The translations under genes and the position numbers were made by a program. From the NCBI GenBank assembly GCA_963799845.1, contig CAWCYI010000001.1, forward strand, positions 32,001-96,000: DNA of 64,000 nucleotides, in the 5' to 3' direction. The notes beneath the pieces are model-generated. The model searched no databases, was not told the DNA's origin, and saw only the letters and a list, made by a program, of their open reading frames with translations. This stretch comes from an uncultured Nitrososphaerota archaeon (lineage in GTDB: Archaea; Thermoproteota; Nitrososphaeria; Nitrososphaerales; CADDZS01). This document shows, piece by piece, positions 48,785 through 58,914 of this stretch (position 1 is the first letter of the stretch; each line of letters opens with the position of its first letter).

Positions 48785-50281
48785 TTGAGCGAACCAAGAA
48801 GATCCAGTTACGAAGAGTTGCTTAGACTTGCATTGGAGCGGGGATTCTTCTTTCCTTCCGCTGAGATTTACAACGATGCGCCCGCAGGATTCTGGGAATA
48901 TGGTCCCACGGGTCTCTTGATGCGGAATAATTTTGTCCGAGAATGGCGAAGGCAGATCGTTCGGAAGGACGACATGCTTGAAATCGACGGATCTTTGATA
49001 CTTCCAAAGATCGTCTTCGAGGCCTCTGGCCATCTCTCCAGCTTGGTTGACCCGATAGTCCAGTGCACGCGTTGTGGAACCAGGATTCGCGCTGACAAGT
49101 ACATCTCCGAAAAAACCGGTTTGCAGATCGACGAGCGTCTTTCACCAGAAGAATTTCAAGCTCTGATTTCGGAGCACCATCTTCGGTGCCCAAAGTGCGG
49201 TGGCGAATTCGGAAAGCCCTCCAAATTCAACATGATGTTTAGAGTTGGAGTAGGAGCGGAGGACGTGGACGCCTATCTTAGACCGGAAACGGCGCAGAGC
49301 ATCTTCGTGGATTTCCAGAGGCTCGCGAAGACGATGAGAATGAAGCTCCCGAAAGGAGTGGCGCAGGTTGGTAAGAGTTTTCGTAACGAAATAGCTCCGA
49401 GACAGACGCTGATTAGGCTGAGGGAATTGTTGCAGGCAGAAGTTGAAGTCTTCTTCAACCCGAGCGCTCCGTTCGATCCTTCGAAATTTAAGAAAATCAA
49501 GGACGTTCAGATGAATGTCCTGACGCAGACCCAAACTGATCACGAAAACTACAGGACTCAAAAAGCGTCCGAGTCCGTCCAGGATTTTGGCGGAAGAGAA
49601 ATTATTGTCTATTATTTTTCCTTGCTTCAACAGTTCTACGAATCTTGCGGTTTTCCAAAAGACAAGACTCGATTCAGGGAGCTTTCCGCGGCCGACAGGG
49701 CATTTTACACTTCATCCGCATTTGATTTCGAGGTCAGCACAAGCCTTGGCTGGCTCGAGCTCGTGGCGTGCAATTATCGAACAGACTATGATCTTGGAAA
49801 TCATGCCAAGTATTCAAAGAAGGATCTTGAGGTGATGGACGGAGATCGCGGTAAGGTGCTGCCTCATGTCATTGAGCTCAGCCTAGGAGTGGACAGGAGC
49901 ATTTTCGCTCTCCTAGACGTGAGTTTCTACCACGAACAAAACAGGGATGTGTTGAAAGTACTCCCGAATATTGCGCCCTATCTGGCGGCTGTATTCCCGC
50001 TAATTTCGAAGCCGGAGTTCGAATCGAAATCCGAGGCATTGTACGAAACTCTGAAGGAGGAAGAGTTCAACACATTTTACGACGATTCCGGTGCCATCGG
50101 TCGGAGATATCGGAGAATGGACGAGATCGGCACGCCTTACTGCATAACCGTGGATCATCAGTCGTTGGAAGATGATACAGCGACGTTGCGAGAGCGGGAT
50201 TCCATGAACCAGTACAGGCTGAAGATCTCTGAGATTCCGGAAAAGCTTCGAACCTTACGAGATAATCCGAAGCAAAACTAG
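48785..50281 (+). CDS. glyS: Glycine--tRNA ligase (alpha2 type)
   Basis: YLRPETAQ, GKSFRNEI.PR, IELSLGVDR, IGRRYRR.DEIGTP. Confidence 0.96.
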   Translation: MSEPRRSSYEELLRLALERGFFFPSAEIYNDAPAGFWEYGPTGLLMRNNFVREWRRQIVRKDDMLEIDGSLILPKIVFEASGHLSSLVDPIVQCTRCGTRIRADKYISEKTGLQIDERLSPEEFQALISEHHLRCPKCGGEFGKPSKFNMMFRVGVGAEDVDAYLRPETAQSIFVDFQRLAKTMRMKLPKGVAQVGKSFRNEIAPRQTLIRLRELLQAEVEVFFNPSAPFDPSKFKKIKDVQMNVLTQTQTDHENYRTQKASESVQDFGGREIIVYYFSLLQQFYESCGFPKDKTRFRELSAADRAFYTSSAFDFEVSTSLGWLELVACNYRTDYDLGNHAKYSKKDLEVMDGDRGKVLPHVIELSLGVDRSIFALLDVSFYHEQNRDVLKVLPNIAPYLAAVFPLISKPEFESKSEALYETLKEEEFNTFYDDSGAIGRRYRRMDEIGTPYCITVDHQSLEDDTATLRERDSMNQYRLKISEIPEKLRTLRDNPKQN

Positions 50282-51100
50282 GAAGAGACCCGCAGACACA
50301 ACCGCACCCGTGAAAGTGGCAATCAGGTTGACCGCGTTGTTGTCCATGAATCTCCTCCCTGTTACGGAAACAGTCGGTTTGTCGTGATGCGACAAGCTCT
50401 CAGTCATTACGCCGCACACCTGGCATTTGTTCCGACCTTGCACTGTTCCACCCAATAGACTGTCGAAATTTGTCGCAATTATTGCGCCGAATATTACTGA
50501 AAGTACTGCTCCAGATATCAACTGGAAATCCCCCTTGATGATATCAAGCGATATGCCAATGAGAGCGATGCCGAGCGCCGAAGCCAAGCCTGCGAGTTCC
50601 CCGAGTAGCGAAACTCCTCCCGAAGTCCCGGGTGCCACGAATTTTCTCAAATTCGAAATCAACCTCGGTTTCGAGCTGCTCAGCAAGCCGATTTCGGTTG
50701 CAACCGTATCGCTCATCGCAGCTGCAATTGATCCCAAAAAAGCGACCATGAAAATATCCTGGTGAGTAACAATCTCGGCGGCCGCAGCGAGACCCGCGAT
50801 GAGTCCGTTTGCCAGAGTATTCGGCCACGATCTGACTCCTCCCTTTTCTTGAGCAGACCCCAACTTTCTCTTGTAATCATACCTGAACCTCGTAAGCACC
50901 GAAGAAATGGCGAAGAATACCACAATCACCAATAGCCAAGCTAACCCACCAGCGAGAAACGCGATGAAGCATATCAGCGCTCCCAGAAGCGCTCCTGAAA
51001 CATCGATAGCGTGCACCCTGACAGCAACAACAGCGAGCAAGAGTATCAGAATTGAGCCTGCAACTATCTGGATTTCAGGCGGGAAAGCGGGAAACGGCAT
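50255..51100 (-). CDS. DUF92 (TMEM19-like) membrane protein
   Basis: RSW.N..ANG, SDT.ATEIG, PGTSGGVS, DSLLG, DNNAVN. Confidence 0.9.
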   Translation of the reverse strand: MPFPAFPPEIQIVAGSILILLLAVVAVRVHAIDVSGALLGALICFIAFLAGGLAWLLVIVVFFAISSVLTRFRYDYKRKLGSAQEKGGVRSWPNTLANGLIAGLAAAAEIVTHQDIFMVAFLGSIAAAMSDTVATEIGLLSSSKPRLISNLRKFVAPGTSGGVSLLGELAGLASALGIALIGISLDIIKGDFQLISGAVLSVIFGAIIATNFDSLLGGTVQGRNKCQVCGVMTESLSHHDKPTVSVTGRRFMDNNAVNLIATFTGAVVSAGLFLVLLRIIS

Positions 51101-51109
51101 ATACAGGAA

Positions 51110-51850
51110 TCACCGCTTGTCTCTTGGTTGCCCAAAGTCAACCGTCGGCTTCGGCTTCGGACTTGCCATCGCAGAGAGTTTCTGGACAAGTTCCTCCTCT
51201 CTCATACCCGAAAGACTCAGAATGATCCTTTCCTTTTCGGCGAGTGCTTTTCCAACCTGGTCGATTTCCTTCGGACCGTGCAAAACAACCATCCGCGGTT
51301 TCAAATGAACAACCCGGATCGCGACCATCGGGGAGCGCCCCAGACCTACTTTCGTAAATACAAGCAGTCTTTCAGTCGTGGCTCCGTAAATTTTGTAAAA
51401 ATCAAATCCTGAGAGGGCATAGATTGTCTTTATTGAATCCAGTACTGTATACCCGTATATTTCGGTGTCAAGCCTCTCGGAACCGGTGACGACCATGCCG
51501 GACAATAATTCTACAAGCCTGCCCGCCTTTATCGGTTCGCTGAATTCGCCGATCGACAGTATCGCAGACCTGTCCTTTGGTTCAACCTCTTTAACGAGGA
51601 GTTTATGGTGCGTCTGGTCTAATTTCACTAGTGCGCTCACGTATCTCTTGATGAAACCTACTCCAGGGGAGGCCCTCCTACCACTTTCATAGTCACTCAG
51701 GACGGAGGGGGAAAGACCCATTTCGCGAGCCAAAATCGCTTGCTTTACAGCGATCCTTTCCCGCCATTTTCTCATCGCGTCGCCGGGATTTTCACTTATC
51801 ACGACATCGCCGGCTATGTGAGCAGCGAACTCGTCATGATCGAGGCTCAT
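51110..51850 (-). CDS. XRE-HTH transcriptional regulator (conserved archaeal family)
   Basis: IAGD...S.NPG..MRKWR, SVLSDYESGRR, FTKV..GRSPMVAIRV. Confidence 0.88.
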   Translation of the reverse strand: MSLDHDEFAAHIAGDVVISENPGDAMRKWRERIAVKQAILAREMGLSPSVLSDYESGRRASPGVGFIKRYVSALVKLDQTHHKLLVKEVEPKDRSAILSIGEFSEPIKAGRLVELLSGMVVTGSERLDTEIYGYTVLDSIKTIYALSGFDFYKIYGATTERLLVFTKVGLGRSPMVAIRVVHLKPRMVVLHGPKEIDQVGKALAEKERIILSLSGMREEELVQKLSAMASPKPKPTVDFGQPRDKR

Positions 51851-51931
51851 GACAAACCTACGTCAACTGTCGATTTAAGCGTTCCCGGATAATACAGATC
51901 TTACGTTTGAGATGGGTAGATCTGATTGATC

Positions 51932-53428
51932 TCACTGAATGGTAGGAGCAGCCAACATGAGTTTTTTACCGTTGGTGGATCTCCCAAAGAACTTCTTCGT
52001 CTGACCCATCGCCATGAATTTCGATTCTCCTACCTTTACCAACATCGGAAGGTCAGAAACAACCTTGCCAAGAATAAGGCAGTGTCGCCTGGGAAGAGTT
52101 CGTACGATTGACTTGATGGTATCGGCGTCGGCTGTCGAAGCGCGGGCTATCATGTCGAGATCGGTTTCATTTGTAAAGTTAAACAGAAAGATGTTGTCCG
52201 CCTGGCGGTAAATTCCATCATTTATCGCATCCGGTTGATTAGTTATGAGCGTTGTAAAAATTCCAAAATGTCGCATTCTCGTCACAATGTCATCCCAATA
52301 AGTTTCTCTTAGGTAAAGGTGTGCTTCCTCGGCGAAAAGGAACACAGGCGGGATAGCCTCTCTCTCTAGAAGCTGAACGAGCTTGCTCAAGATAATCTCG
52401 ACAACCATTTTCTTTGTCAGCGACGACGATCTTTTCAGAGAGATAACGATCGCACCTCCTCGCGGCAGTAGACTCTTCATCAGATCGTCGACTCTCACTC
52501 CATCATCCTTGGTTCTTGCGAAGATTCCGGAACTTTTCATCGTCTGGAATCTGGAATACAATGCGTCCTTGACGAGCTCGTTTCCCCGCCAGTTTTGTAT
52601 CGCTTCGGCGAGTCCGTCAAGTGTGAAATGCCCGCTATGCTCTAAAGAGTTGATAATCCGAATGAATTCCCGGAGCGACGCGCTGGGAGCGTCAAGCACG
52701 TGCTGCATCAGTGAAATGAGACTGAATTCTCCGAGGTAATCGAGCGCAAAAGTGAGATTGCTTCCGGGTTCCAGCGTCAGAATTCGGTCGAATAGTTCGT
52801 TTCTCGACCCATCCTTGTTCATCCCGAGGCCTTCGTATTCATTGTTTAGATCGAAGATAATTACAACAGCTCCGCTCGAAACGAGCGAACTCGTCAAGAT
52901 TTTTGATAGGTGGGACTTACCGGACTCTTTTTTCCCGGTAATGATTGACAGATTTCCGTCAATTGCTTCGCCGAGAATGGTAAACTGTTCACCGTCGCGA
53001 GTGGTGCCAACCTTTATCTGTGCCGATCCGGTCTGACCTGCGAGATCAAGAAGCTTCGATTGCGAAATCTTTCTTACTCTGGAACGAGTTCTGGAAGGAA
53101 GCCAAAAGACGTTTGGAATCATCAGACCGTTTTGTATGCAGCCGCGGATCTTGCACTTTAGGAGCCGCATATCCTTGATCATTTGAGAGACGCTCGAAAT
53201 CTCAAATGGGTCCACTTCGGTTCCGGTGGCGCTCGATTCGATGATTTGTTCCCTTATGATGTCCTCGGTGAGGGACTGGCTCGGAATATACGTCTCATCA
53301 AATACTTGAATCACGACCGACCCAGGTCCAGAAGAGTCAACGATCTCAAGATAGTCCCCCTGAAACACGTTCTCGGACGGCAGCGCTATTATCGAGATTT
53401 GGTCAGCTTCCTTTTCCAAGATTCTCAA
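51932..53428 (-). CDS. herA: HerA-family ATPase/helicase
   Basis: N-terminal HAS-barrel-like region, Walker A GKKESGKS, FDLNNEY, Walker B FAEEAH, R.RHFG, TNQP. Confidence 0.88.
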   Translation of the reverse strand: MRILEKEADQISIIALPSENVFQGDYLEIVDSSGPGSVVIQVFDETYIPSQSLTEDIIREQIIESSATGTEVDPFEISSVSQMIKDMRLLKCKIRGCIQNGLMIPNVFWLPSRTRSRVRKISQSKLLDLAGQTGSAQIKVGTTRDGEQFTILGEAIDGNLSIITGKKESGKSHLSKILTSSLVSSGAVVIIFDLNNEYEGLGMNKDGSRNELFDRILTLEPGSNLTFALDYLGEFSLISLMQHVLDAPSASLREFIRIINSLEHSGHFTLDGLAEAIQNWRGNELVKDALYSRFQTMKSSGIFARTKDDGVRVDDLMKSLLPRGGAIVISLKRSSSLTKKMVVEIILSKLVQLLEREAIPPVFLFAEEAHLYLRETYWDDIVTRMRHFGIFTTLITNQPDAINDGIYRQADNIFLFNFTNETDLDMIARASTADADTIKSIVRTLPRRHCLILGKVVSDLPMLVKVGESKFMAMGQTKKFFGRSTNGKKLMLAAPTIQ

Positions 53429-53457
53429 GTGAGAAGAACTCCTCCATTTTGTTTCGA

Positions 53458-54492
53458 CTAGACAAGCTTCCCAAGAATAGTTGCCCTGAAATCGTCAGAT
53501 GGGATGTGAATTAGCCGGTATTTTTTCGAGAGATAGCTTCTGATGGAAGAAATCGTCGAGGAATCAAATACTGCAAGATGATGAGCGAGCCTGAGGGTCT
53601 CGGGATATCCGCGAAAGAAGAGATCGTTTCCTTTGACGTCACCCAATACCTGAGGATCTTCCTCAGAATTCCGGCTCGACATGTCAACCCGAAAAACAGA
53701 TGCATTCGGAGAAAACTTGACGACGAGCACCCTGCTGTCCTTGGAAGAAAAGAAAATCCTCATTGTGTCTGTGATGTCGAAGTACGTCTCACTGCCTCCG
53801 ATAGACTGCAGACGGCTTGCGGCTCTGGAAACGACTCGAAGGCTTGAACTCTTTCCAACACCGACGATCTGGTTTAGATTTTCTTCCGCTGCATTCTCCA
53901 GATCCCTGAGACCCATGCCTTTGGATTCGAGAGAAGAACATTTCAGCGAACCGTCAACCAGAACAATCGAATCGCTGTTTGTCTTTGCCGATATGATTTG
54001 GGCCGATCTTTCCAGTCTCAACCTGATGAATCTCTCGGAAATCGAGTTGTCAGAAGCAATTGCCCTAAGTGCCTTTTGTGGGAGAGTATTTCGAAGGTCT
54101 TCAGACAGATATTTCATCGTCATGTAAAATATGAATGGCCCTGCGCGGCAGTAATTTCTTATTTTGGAATTTTTTGAGCTCACAACAGCGACTCGACCCG
54201 CAAATATTGCCCCATCTTCGGTCTCTCCAATTAGAGCACATGTCGAATCAATCCCAATTACTTGCCTCTCTCTAGAGCTGACTGCAAAACTTCTGACTCG
54301 ATAAGGACACTCTTCGTCCGATGATTCGAGATTCTGAAGCGGAATTACCTCCTTTGAAAAATCGGATCTGAAAAAAACCTTCATTCCAGCCAAAGTTGAG
54401 AGCGAGGAATCAAGATTTGATCCGAATGATTCGAGATTGACCAGGCCAGTTGAGGTTTCGGCATGTGGGACAATATTTAATTGATTGTTCAT
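53458..54492 (-). CDS. nurA: NurA-family nuclease
   Basis: GIDS, LVDGSL, GVGK, GYPE.LRLAH; ATG at 54492 preferred. Confidence 0.85.
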   Translation of the reverse strand: MNNQLNIVPHAETSTGLVNLESFGSNLDSSLSTLAGMKVFFRSDFSKEVIPLQNLESSDEECPYRVRSFAVSSRERQVIGIDSTCALIGETEDGAIFAGRVAVVSSKNSKIRNYCRAGPFIFYMTMKYLSEDLRNTLPQKALRAIASDNSISERFIRLRLERSAQIISAKTNSDSIVLVDGSLKCSSLESKGMGLRDLENAAEENLNQIVGVGKSSSLRVVSRAASRLQSIGGSETYFDITDTMRIFFSSKDSRVLVVKFSPNASVFRVDMSSRNSEEDPQVLGDVKGNDLFFRGYPETLRLAHHLAVFDSSTISSIRSYLSKKYRLIHIPSDDFRATILGKLV

Positions 54493-54494
54493 GA

Positions 54495-54566
54495 TGCGCA
54501 ACAGTCTATAGGACCATAGTTGTATTAAGTATTGCGCAACATGTTCACTTGATAATTGAGCAACAT
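54495..54566. promoter_or_regulatory. Three TGMGCAACA boxes in the divergent nurA / wHTH promoter
   Basis: tgcgcaaca at 54495-54503, attgcgcaacat at 54531-54542, attgagcaacat at 54555-54566. Confidence 0.5.
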
Positions 54567-54572
54567 AGTCAA

Positions 54573-55013
54573 ATGTCAGAGAAAAAACCAATTACCGTGA
54601 GATTAAAAAAAGCAGGATGGGAGGTTGAAATCACCTGCGAAGAGGATCAGCTTCAGAACGCTATTGAAAGCGTCCTTTCTTCATTGTCAGCCGCATCCCC
54701 AAGCGGACCCGCTTCTTTGCTGGAGGAACGCCGCGACACCGCATCGAAGAAGACTGTCCGGGGACTTCTCTTAGAACTCTGGGACGAATCCTGGTTTTCG
54801 GAGGCAAGGTCCCTTTCAGAGGTGCACGAAGAAATTTCGCGACGGGGATACCATTACGACAGATCGGCCGTGTCTCATTCTCTCACAGACTTGGTAAAGG
54901 AAGGCGTGTTGAGTCGTCAGGGCAACATGCGCAACTATGCATACATTCAGAAGAAGCCGCCGATCGGTTCAAAATCTGAAAGCGGCGCTTCTCAAACTAC
55001 TACAACGACTTGA
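54573..55013 (+). CDS. Winged-helix protein with N-terminal beta-hairpin/helix domain
   Basis: WF...RSLSEVHEEI...GY....SAVSHSL..LVKEG.L.R.G....Y.Y wHTH pattern. Confidence 0.8.
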   Translation: MSEKKPITVRLKKAGWEVEITCEEDQLQNAIESVLSSLSAASPSGPASLLEERRDTASKKTVRGLLLELWDESWFSEARSLSEVHEEISRRGYHYDRSAVSHSLTDLVKEGVLSRQGNMRNYAYIQKKPPIGSKSESGASQTTTTT

Positions 55014-55026
55014 GTAGCTCGAAATG

Positions 55027-55584
55027 CTACTTTTTGGTCAGCAAGTTAGATAGCCATTCGACCCCAACAGTGCTTATTTTGAATTGGGATTTATCGTCTA
55101 TTGTTTGTTTGGTCACATAACCCGCTTTGGACATTTCGCTCAATCGGGAACTCAATGATTTCGGATTGAGCGACGTAGCTTCTTGGAGAGTCGTAAGACT
55201 GAGCCACGGCGAAGATCCATCCTTGGTCTCTGAAGCAATTCTCTGCGCAACCAACTGAAGGGCTACAACCTCCTTATCGCTCAACTTTGCTCCTTCGGCC
55301 CAAACTCGAGGGCCCTCGGGAGTTATTTTCACATAATCTTTGAATTTCTCAACTAGATCTTTCGTGCTGAAATTCATTGAGAGCTTCTTGGCGAGATCGA
55401 TCTCGGGAATATTTTTTGAGATGAAATTATTGATCGATTGCATGACAATCTCGGCGGACCCGGAAAACTCGGCTCTCGCGGCTCCCAGAGATATTGAGAC
55501 GGTCAGTTTTTCATTCTTTTCTCCAAGAGTCGCAGATTTGGAATCATCAGACATGAAGTTATCGAGCCAGCCTCCTTGTTTCAT
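55027..55584 (-). CDS. Winged-helix protein with N-terminal beta-hairpin/helix domain
   Basis: C-terminal LNPKSLSSRLSEM.K.GYV.K......FKISTVG wHTH; ATG coupled to the gatE stop (TAATG). Confidence 0.8.
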   Translation of the reverse strand: MKQGGWLDNFMSDDSKSATLGEKNEKLTVSISLGAARAEFSGSAEIVMQSINNFISKNIPEIDLAKKLSMNFSTKDLVEKFKDYVKITPEGPRVWAEGAKLSDKEVVALQLVAQRIASETKDGSSPWLSLTTLQEATSLNPKSLSSRLSEMSKAGYVTKQTIDDKSQFKISTVGVEWLSNLLTKK

Positions 55585-57542
55585 TAGCTTTTTCGTTCGA
55601 ATGAATCCAAGCGTTCCGACAGTGTCTCGCTGACCAGCTTTCCATCAGCTCTCCCCCTTACTATTTGCATGACTTTTCCCATCAGGGTACTGCGAGACGC
55701 TGACGCTCCTTTAGAAGCGATTAGACTTGAATTCTGAGTGATCACATCGTCTATTATCATCACGAGTTCTTCAAGCGTAATTCGAGTTAATCCCGCCTTT
55801 GAGAGGGCCTCTTCGAGTGAAAGATTCGGATTTGTTGCCATCTCTTTGATGACGGTCTGAATCGCTTCCTTGGCAAACCTTCCTTCATCCAGAGCGACAA
55901 ACATATCCCAAAGAGCATCGTCTTTCAAAGAGTCTACCTGCACACTTGACCTTGAAAGCGAGAGCATTGTGTCGACCAGTGCAGAGGCAACAATAGATGC
56001 GGGTAATCTCGTTTCGGAGACGACTTTCTCAAAGAGATTCTTTCTGTCAGAGTCGTAGAGCGGCTCCGCAATTTGCATTGGGAGACCGTACTTCTTGGAA
56101 AACGAGCTAACCTGCTTATCCCAAGGTTCGGGAATCTCATTTCTCAATCTGTCGATGCTCGATTGAGATATCTGAATTAGGGGGATGTCGGTTTCCGGGT
56201 ACATTCGTGCTGAGCCCGGGCGTGGTCGGAGGAAAGTTGTCTCACCCTCGATGCTCGCGGCGCGCGTCTCGGCAGGCACCCCGGTCAAGGCATGACGGAT
56301 TCTTGCGACGACCGCATCTGCTACCCGATGAACTCTTGCCGCTTCTCCGCCAACAAGAACAAAGGCGTCCTCCATATCCAGGTTAAATTGACCTCTAACA
56401 AGAGCGATTTCACCCAGGGTAATTCCATAGTTCGGAAGCTCGTCAGAATGAAAAACGCCTCCAAGCCCGTAAGATTTGGCGATTGCCCCAAGTTCTTTAC
56501 CAAGCCGAGAGTGGTACTCGTTTTCTTTCCCTATAAAACCCACGAACTTCTTTACAACAATGCAAACGACGCGTGCGGAATTTGACGCAAGAATTTTCTT
56601 CAGCACGTTAGAAGTCGTGTTCTTAAAAATCTCAGTAGCGTCAAACTCGGAGATTTCCAGGCTGTTCCCTATACTATCCTTGATTTCCTTTGCGAGGTCA
56701 AAAAAGAACTTTTGTCTGGCTGCCTCGAAATTAATAACTTTCTTGAACTGATCTAGGCGTTGCACCCCTTTTACTTCGATTACTTTTCCGTCCATCACGG
56801 AGATATTGAGATCCTGTCTGATTGTCCCGATTCCTCTTGCAACCCTGCCGGTGGATCGCATTAGTTTTCCAAGCGTTTTCGCCGCCTCTTCTGCATTGTC
56901 TGGAGATCCTTCTATCGGCGCGAGAGCAACCTCGACGAGAGGTGATCCCAGCCGGTCGAGCGCGTAACTCCGCCCTTCCGATCCTCCGGCATCAAATTCA
57001 TCCTTAATCGCTCGCGCAGCATCTTCTTCGAGGCTTATCGACTGGACTCTTACTTTCTTATCCTCCCCAAACTTCAGCTCCCCGCCCAAACCAATCACCG
57101 CGGTTCGCTGGAAGCCGGACGTGTTTGAACCGTCGACCACAATCTTTCTCATAACATGGATTTCGTCGACAATTCGGGAGTTCACTGACAATCCGAAAAT
57201 TAGAGCGGTTTCCAATCCTTCGATACTGATTGGATGTGGAGGCTCTTCATCAGCTTCGACAAGGCAGCTTGTCTCGAAGGGGGCAACGTAATTGACCTTG
57301 ATCTCTTTGCGCGACTCAAACTGGGCTGCTTCGTCGAATTCGCCGAGTTCGGAAGAGACGGGTCTAAGAGTCCTTGAAAATCGCGGGATATTTTCTGAAA
57401 AACTCTCCCCGAACTGCTCAGAAAAGGGAGGGCATGCACAGAACAACTTTGTACTCGTGGCCAACTGCTGATGAACCTCAAGACCAACTTTCAGTCTGAT
57501 CGACTTGAAATCAAGAGCGGTGTCCGATACCTTGCTTCCCAA
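55584..57542 (-). CDS. gatE: Glu-tRNA(Gln) amidotransferase subunit E
   Basis: GLEVHQQL, DEEPPH, DGSNTSGFQRT, LEEDAAR, RPRPGSARMYPETD. Confidence 0.97.
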   Translation of the reverse strand: MGSKVSDTALDFKSIRLKVGLEVHQQLATSTKLFCACPPFSEQFGESFSENIPRFSRTLRPVSSELGEFDEAAQFESRKEIKVNYVAPFETSCLVEADEEPPHPISIEGLETALIFGLSVNSRIVDEIHVMRKIVVDGSNTSGFQRTAVIGLGGELKFGEDKKVRVQSISLEEDAARAIKDEFDAGGSEGRSYALDRLGSPLVEVALAPIEGSPDNAEEAAKTLGKLMRSTGRVARGIGTIRQDLNISVMDGKVIEVKGVQRLDQFKKVINFEAARQKFFFDLAKEIKDSIGNSLEISEFDATEIFKNTTSNVLKKILASNSARVVCIVVKKFVGFIGKENEYHSRLGKELGAIAKSYGLGGVFHSDELPNYGITLGEIALVRGQFNLDMEDAFVLVGGEAARVHRVADAVVARIRHALTGVPAETRAASIEGETTFLRPRPGSARMYPETDIPLIQISQSSIDRLRNEIPEPWDKQVSSFSKKYGLPMQIAEPLYDSDRKNLFEKVVSETRLPASIVASALVDTMLSLSRSSVQVDSLKDDALWDMFVALDEGRFAKEAIQTVIKEMATNPNLSLEEALSKAGLTRITLEELVMIIDDVITQNSSLIASKGASASRSTLMGKVMQIVRGRADGKLVSETLSERLDSFERKS

Positions 57543-57549
57543 ATTGAAT

Positions 57550-58914
57550 TTACATCTCGGTTTGGATCTCTTTCTGTTTCAGCAGGATTCTCATGTTGAA
57601 CTCCCCAACGAAATTCTTCAAAATAATTTCTGTCGGCGATTGAAAATTTCCGAGAACCCACGACAATTTCGCGAAAGCCGTTTCAGCAAACATATTTTCC
57701 AAAGGTACTGCGCCGGCAGCAGTGAGATCCCTCCCGGTGCGGTAGACGTTTAGATGAACGTGGCCCCAGATGCACTGGGAAGTCATTCCAACAAAAACGC
57801 CTTTCTTCACAAGCGAAGAAATCTTTGAGACCGTTCTGTCAGAAACATGCCCTAAACCGGTTCCCTCAACAATTATTCCCCTGACATTCTTCGTTTCTAC
57901 AAGGTAATCTAGGACCCCAGGATCAAACCCCGGGTGAAATTTCACAAGGGCAGCACCGCTATCAAATTTCGTCTTGAGTCTGAATTCTTCGGAAATCGGG
58001 TCTGGATGCTCAGCTCTCGGATCATTGGTCCAAACTATTTCGTTGTCTTTGACTATCGCGATGGGAAGGGAATCTATCGATTTGAATGCGTCTCTTCTGC
58101 TGGTGTGGTTTTTTCGAACCCTAACTCCAGAGTGAATTGCCACGCCTTTGTCATTCTCGTCTTGGTGCATTGCAACGTAAACTCCGGGTCTTCCGGATTC
58201 TACTGCAAACAGGGCAGCAGCTGTCAAATTTATCGCCGCGTCGGAAGAGGGCCGATCCGGTGATCGCTGGGCCCCGACAAGTACGACTGGAATCTCGAAA
58301 CCGATCAGTGAAAAACTCAGCGCGGCGGACGTATAGGCTAGAGTGTCAGTCCCCATCATCACGACAACACCAGCCGGTTTTTTCGATTTTGAAAGATCGA
58401 TGATTTTTGAGGTTAGGGTACCCCAGTCCGAAGGAGACATATTTTCGCTGTAAATTGAGAACACAACTTCCGGCTCTACGACTGCTATCCGGTCAAGTTC
58501 TGGCACCGCCTCGTAGAGGTCTGAAGCCGACAACGCCGGATAGACTGCTCCAGTCCTGTAATCGACTCTGCTCGCGATAGTTCCTCCGGTGCTCACCAGC
58601 AGGAGTTTCTTTTTTGGTACAGTTTCACCCTCAGCCTCTGTATTTTTGGGGCGCGGAATTTGCGAATCCTGCCGATCCTCTCCGAGCGGTCTTAGCGTCT
58701 TTATCTTGTCGAGTTTTATCCCTATATTATAGCCTGATTTGAGTTTCAGAACAACGTGCTCATCATCGGCATATCTGTATCTTGGAATGATGAGGCCCCT
58801 GACTTCGAGCCCGTCAGAATCGATAACTTCAACCTGTTGTCCGACTTTAGCTCCATTTCTTTGAAGAAATTCAAGAGCTCGCCCCCTGTATCCTTCGGTA
58901 CTAGACTCGGACAG
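57550..58914 (-). CDS. gatD: Glu-tRNA(Gln) amidotransferase subunit D, probable CTG start
   Basis: STGGTIASR, GTDT, KNHTSRRDAF. The frame stays open 106 codons upstream of the ORF-track start and encodes the GatD N-domain (EGYRG...PRY...HVVLKLKSGYNIG). Confidence 0.95.
   Translation of the reverse strand: MSESSTEGYRGRALEFLQRNGAKVGQQVEVIDSDGLEVRGLIIPRYRYADDEHVVLKLKSGYNIGIKLDKIKTLRPLGEDRQDSQIPRPKNTEAEGETVPKKKLLLVSTGGTIASRVDYRTGAVYPALSASDLYEAVPELDRIAVVEPEVVFSIYSENMSPSDWGTLTSKIIDLSKSKKPAGVVVMMGTDTLAYTSAALSFSLIGFEIPVVLVGAQRSPDRPSSDAAINLTAAALFAVESGRPGVYVAMHQDENDKGVAIHSGVRVRKNHTSRRDAFKSIDSLPIAIVKDNEIVWTNDPRAEHPDPISEEFRLKTKFDSGAALVKFHPGFDPGVLDYLVETKNVRGIIVEGTGLGHVSDRTVSKISSLVKKGVFVGMTSQCIWGHVHLNVYRTGRDLTAAGAVPLENMFAETAFAKLSWVLGNFQSPTEIILKNFVGEFNMRILLKQKEIQTEM

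Noticed and set aside
50255-53428. HerA plus DUF92 membrane protein as a Ced-like DNA import system
   Set aside because: This HerA has no TM anchor and is paired with NurA; DUF92 is a widespread unrelated family.
58597-58914. gatD truncated or frameshifted, as the ORF track suggests
   Set aside because: The upstream frame is continuous; only a standard start codon is missing.
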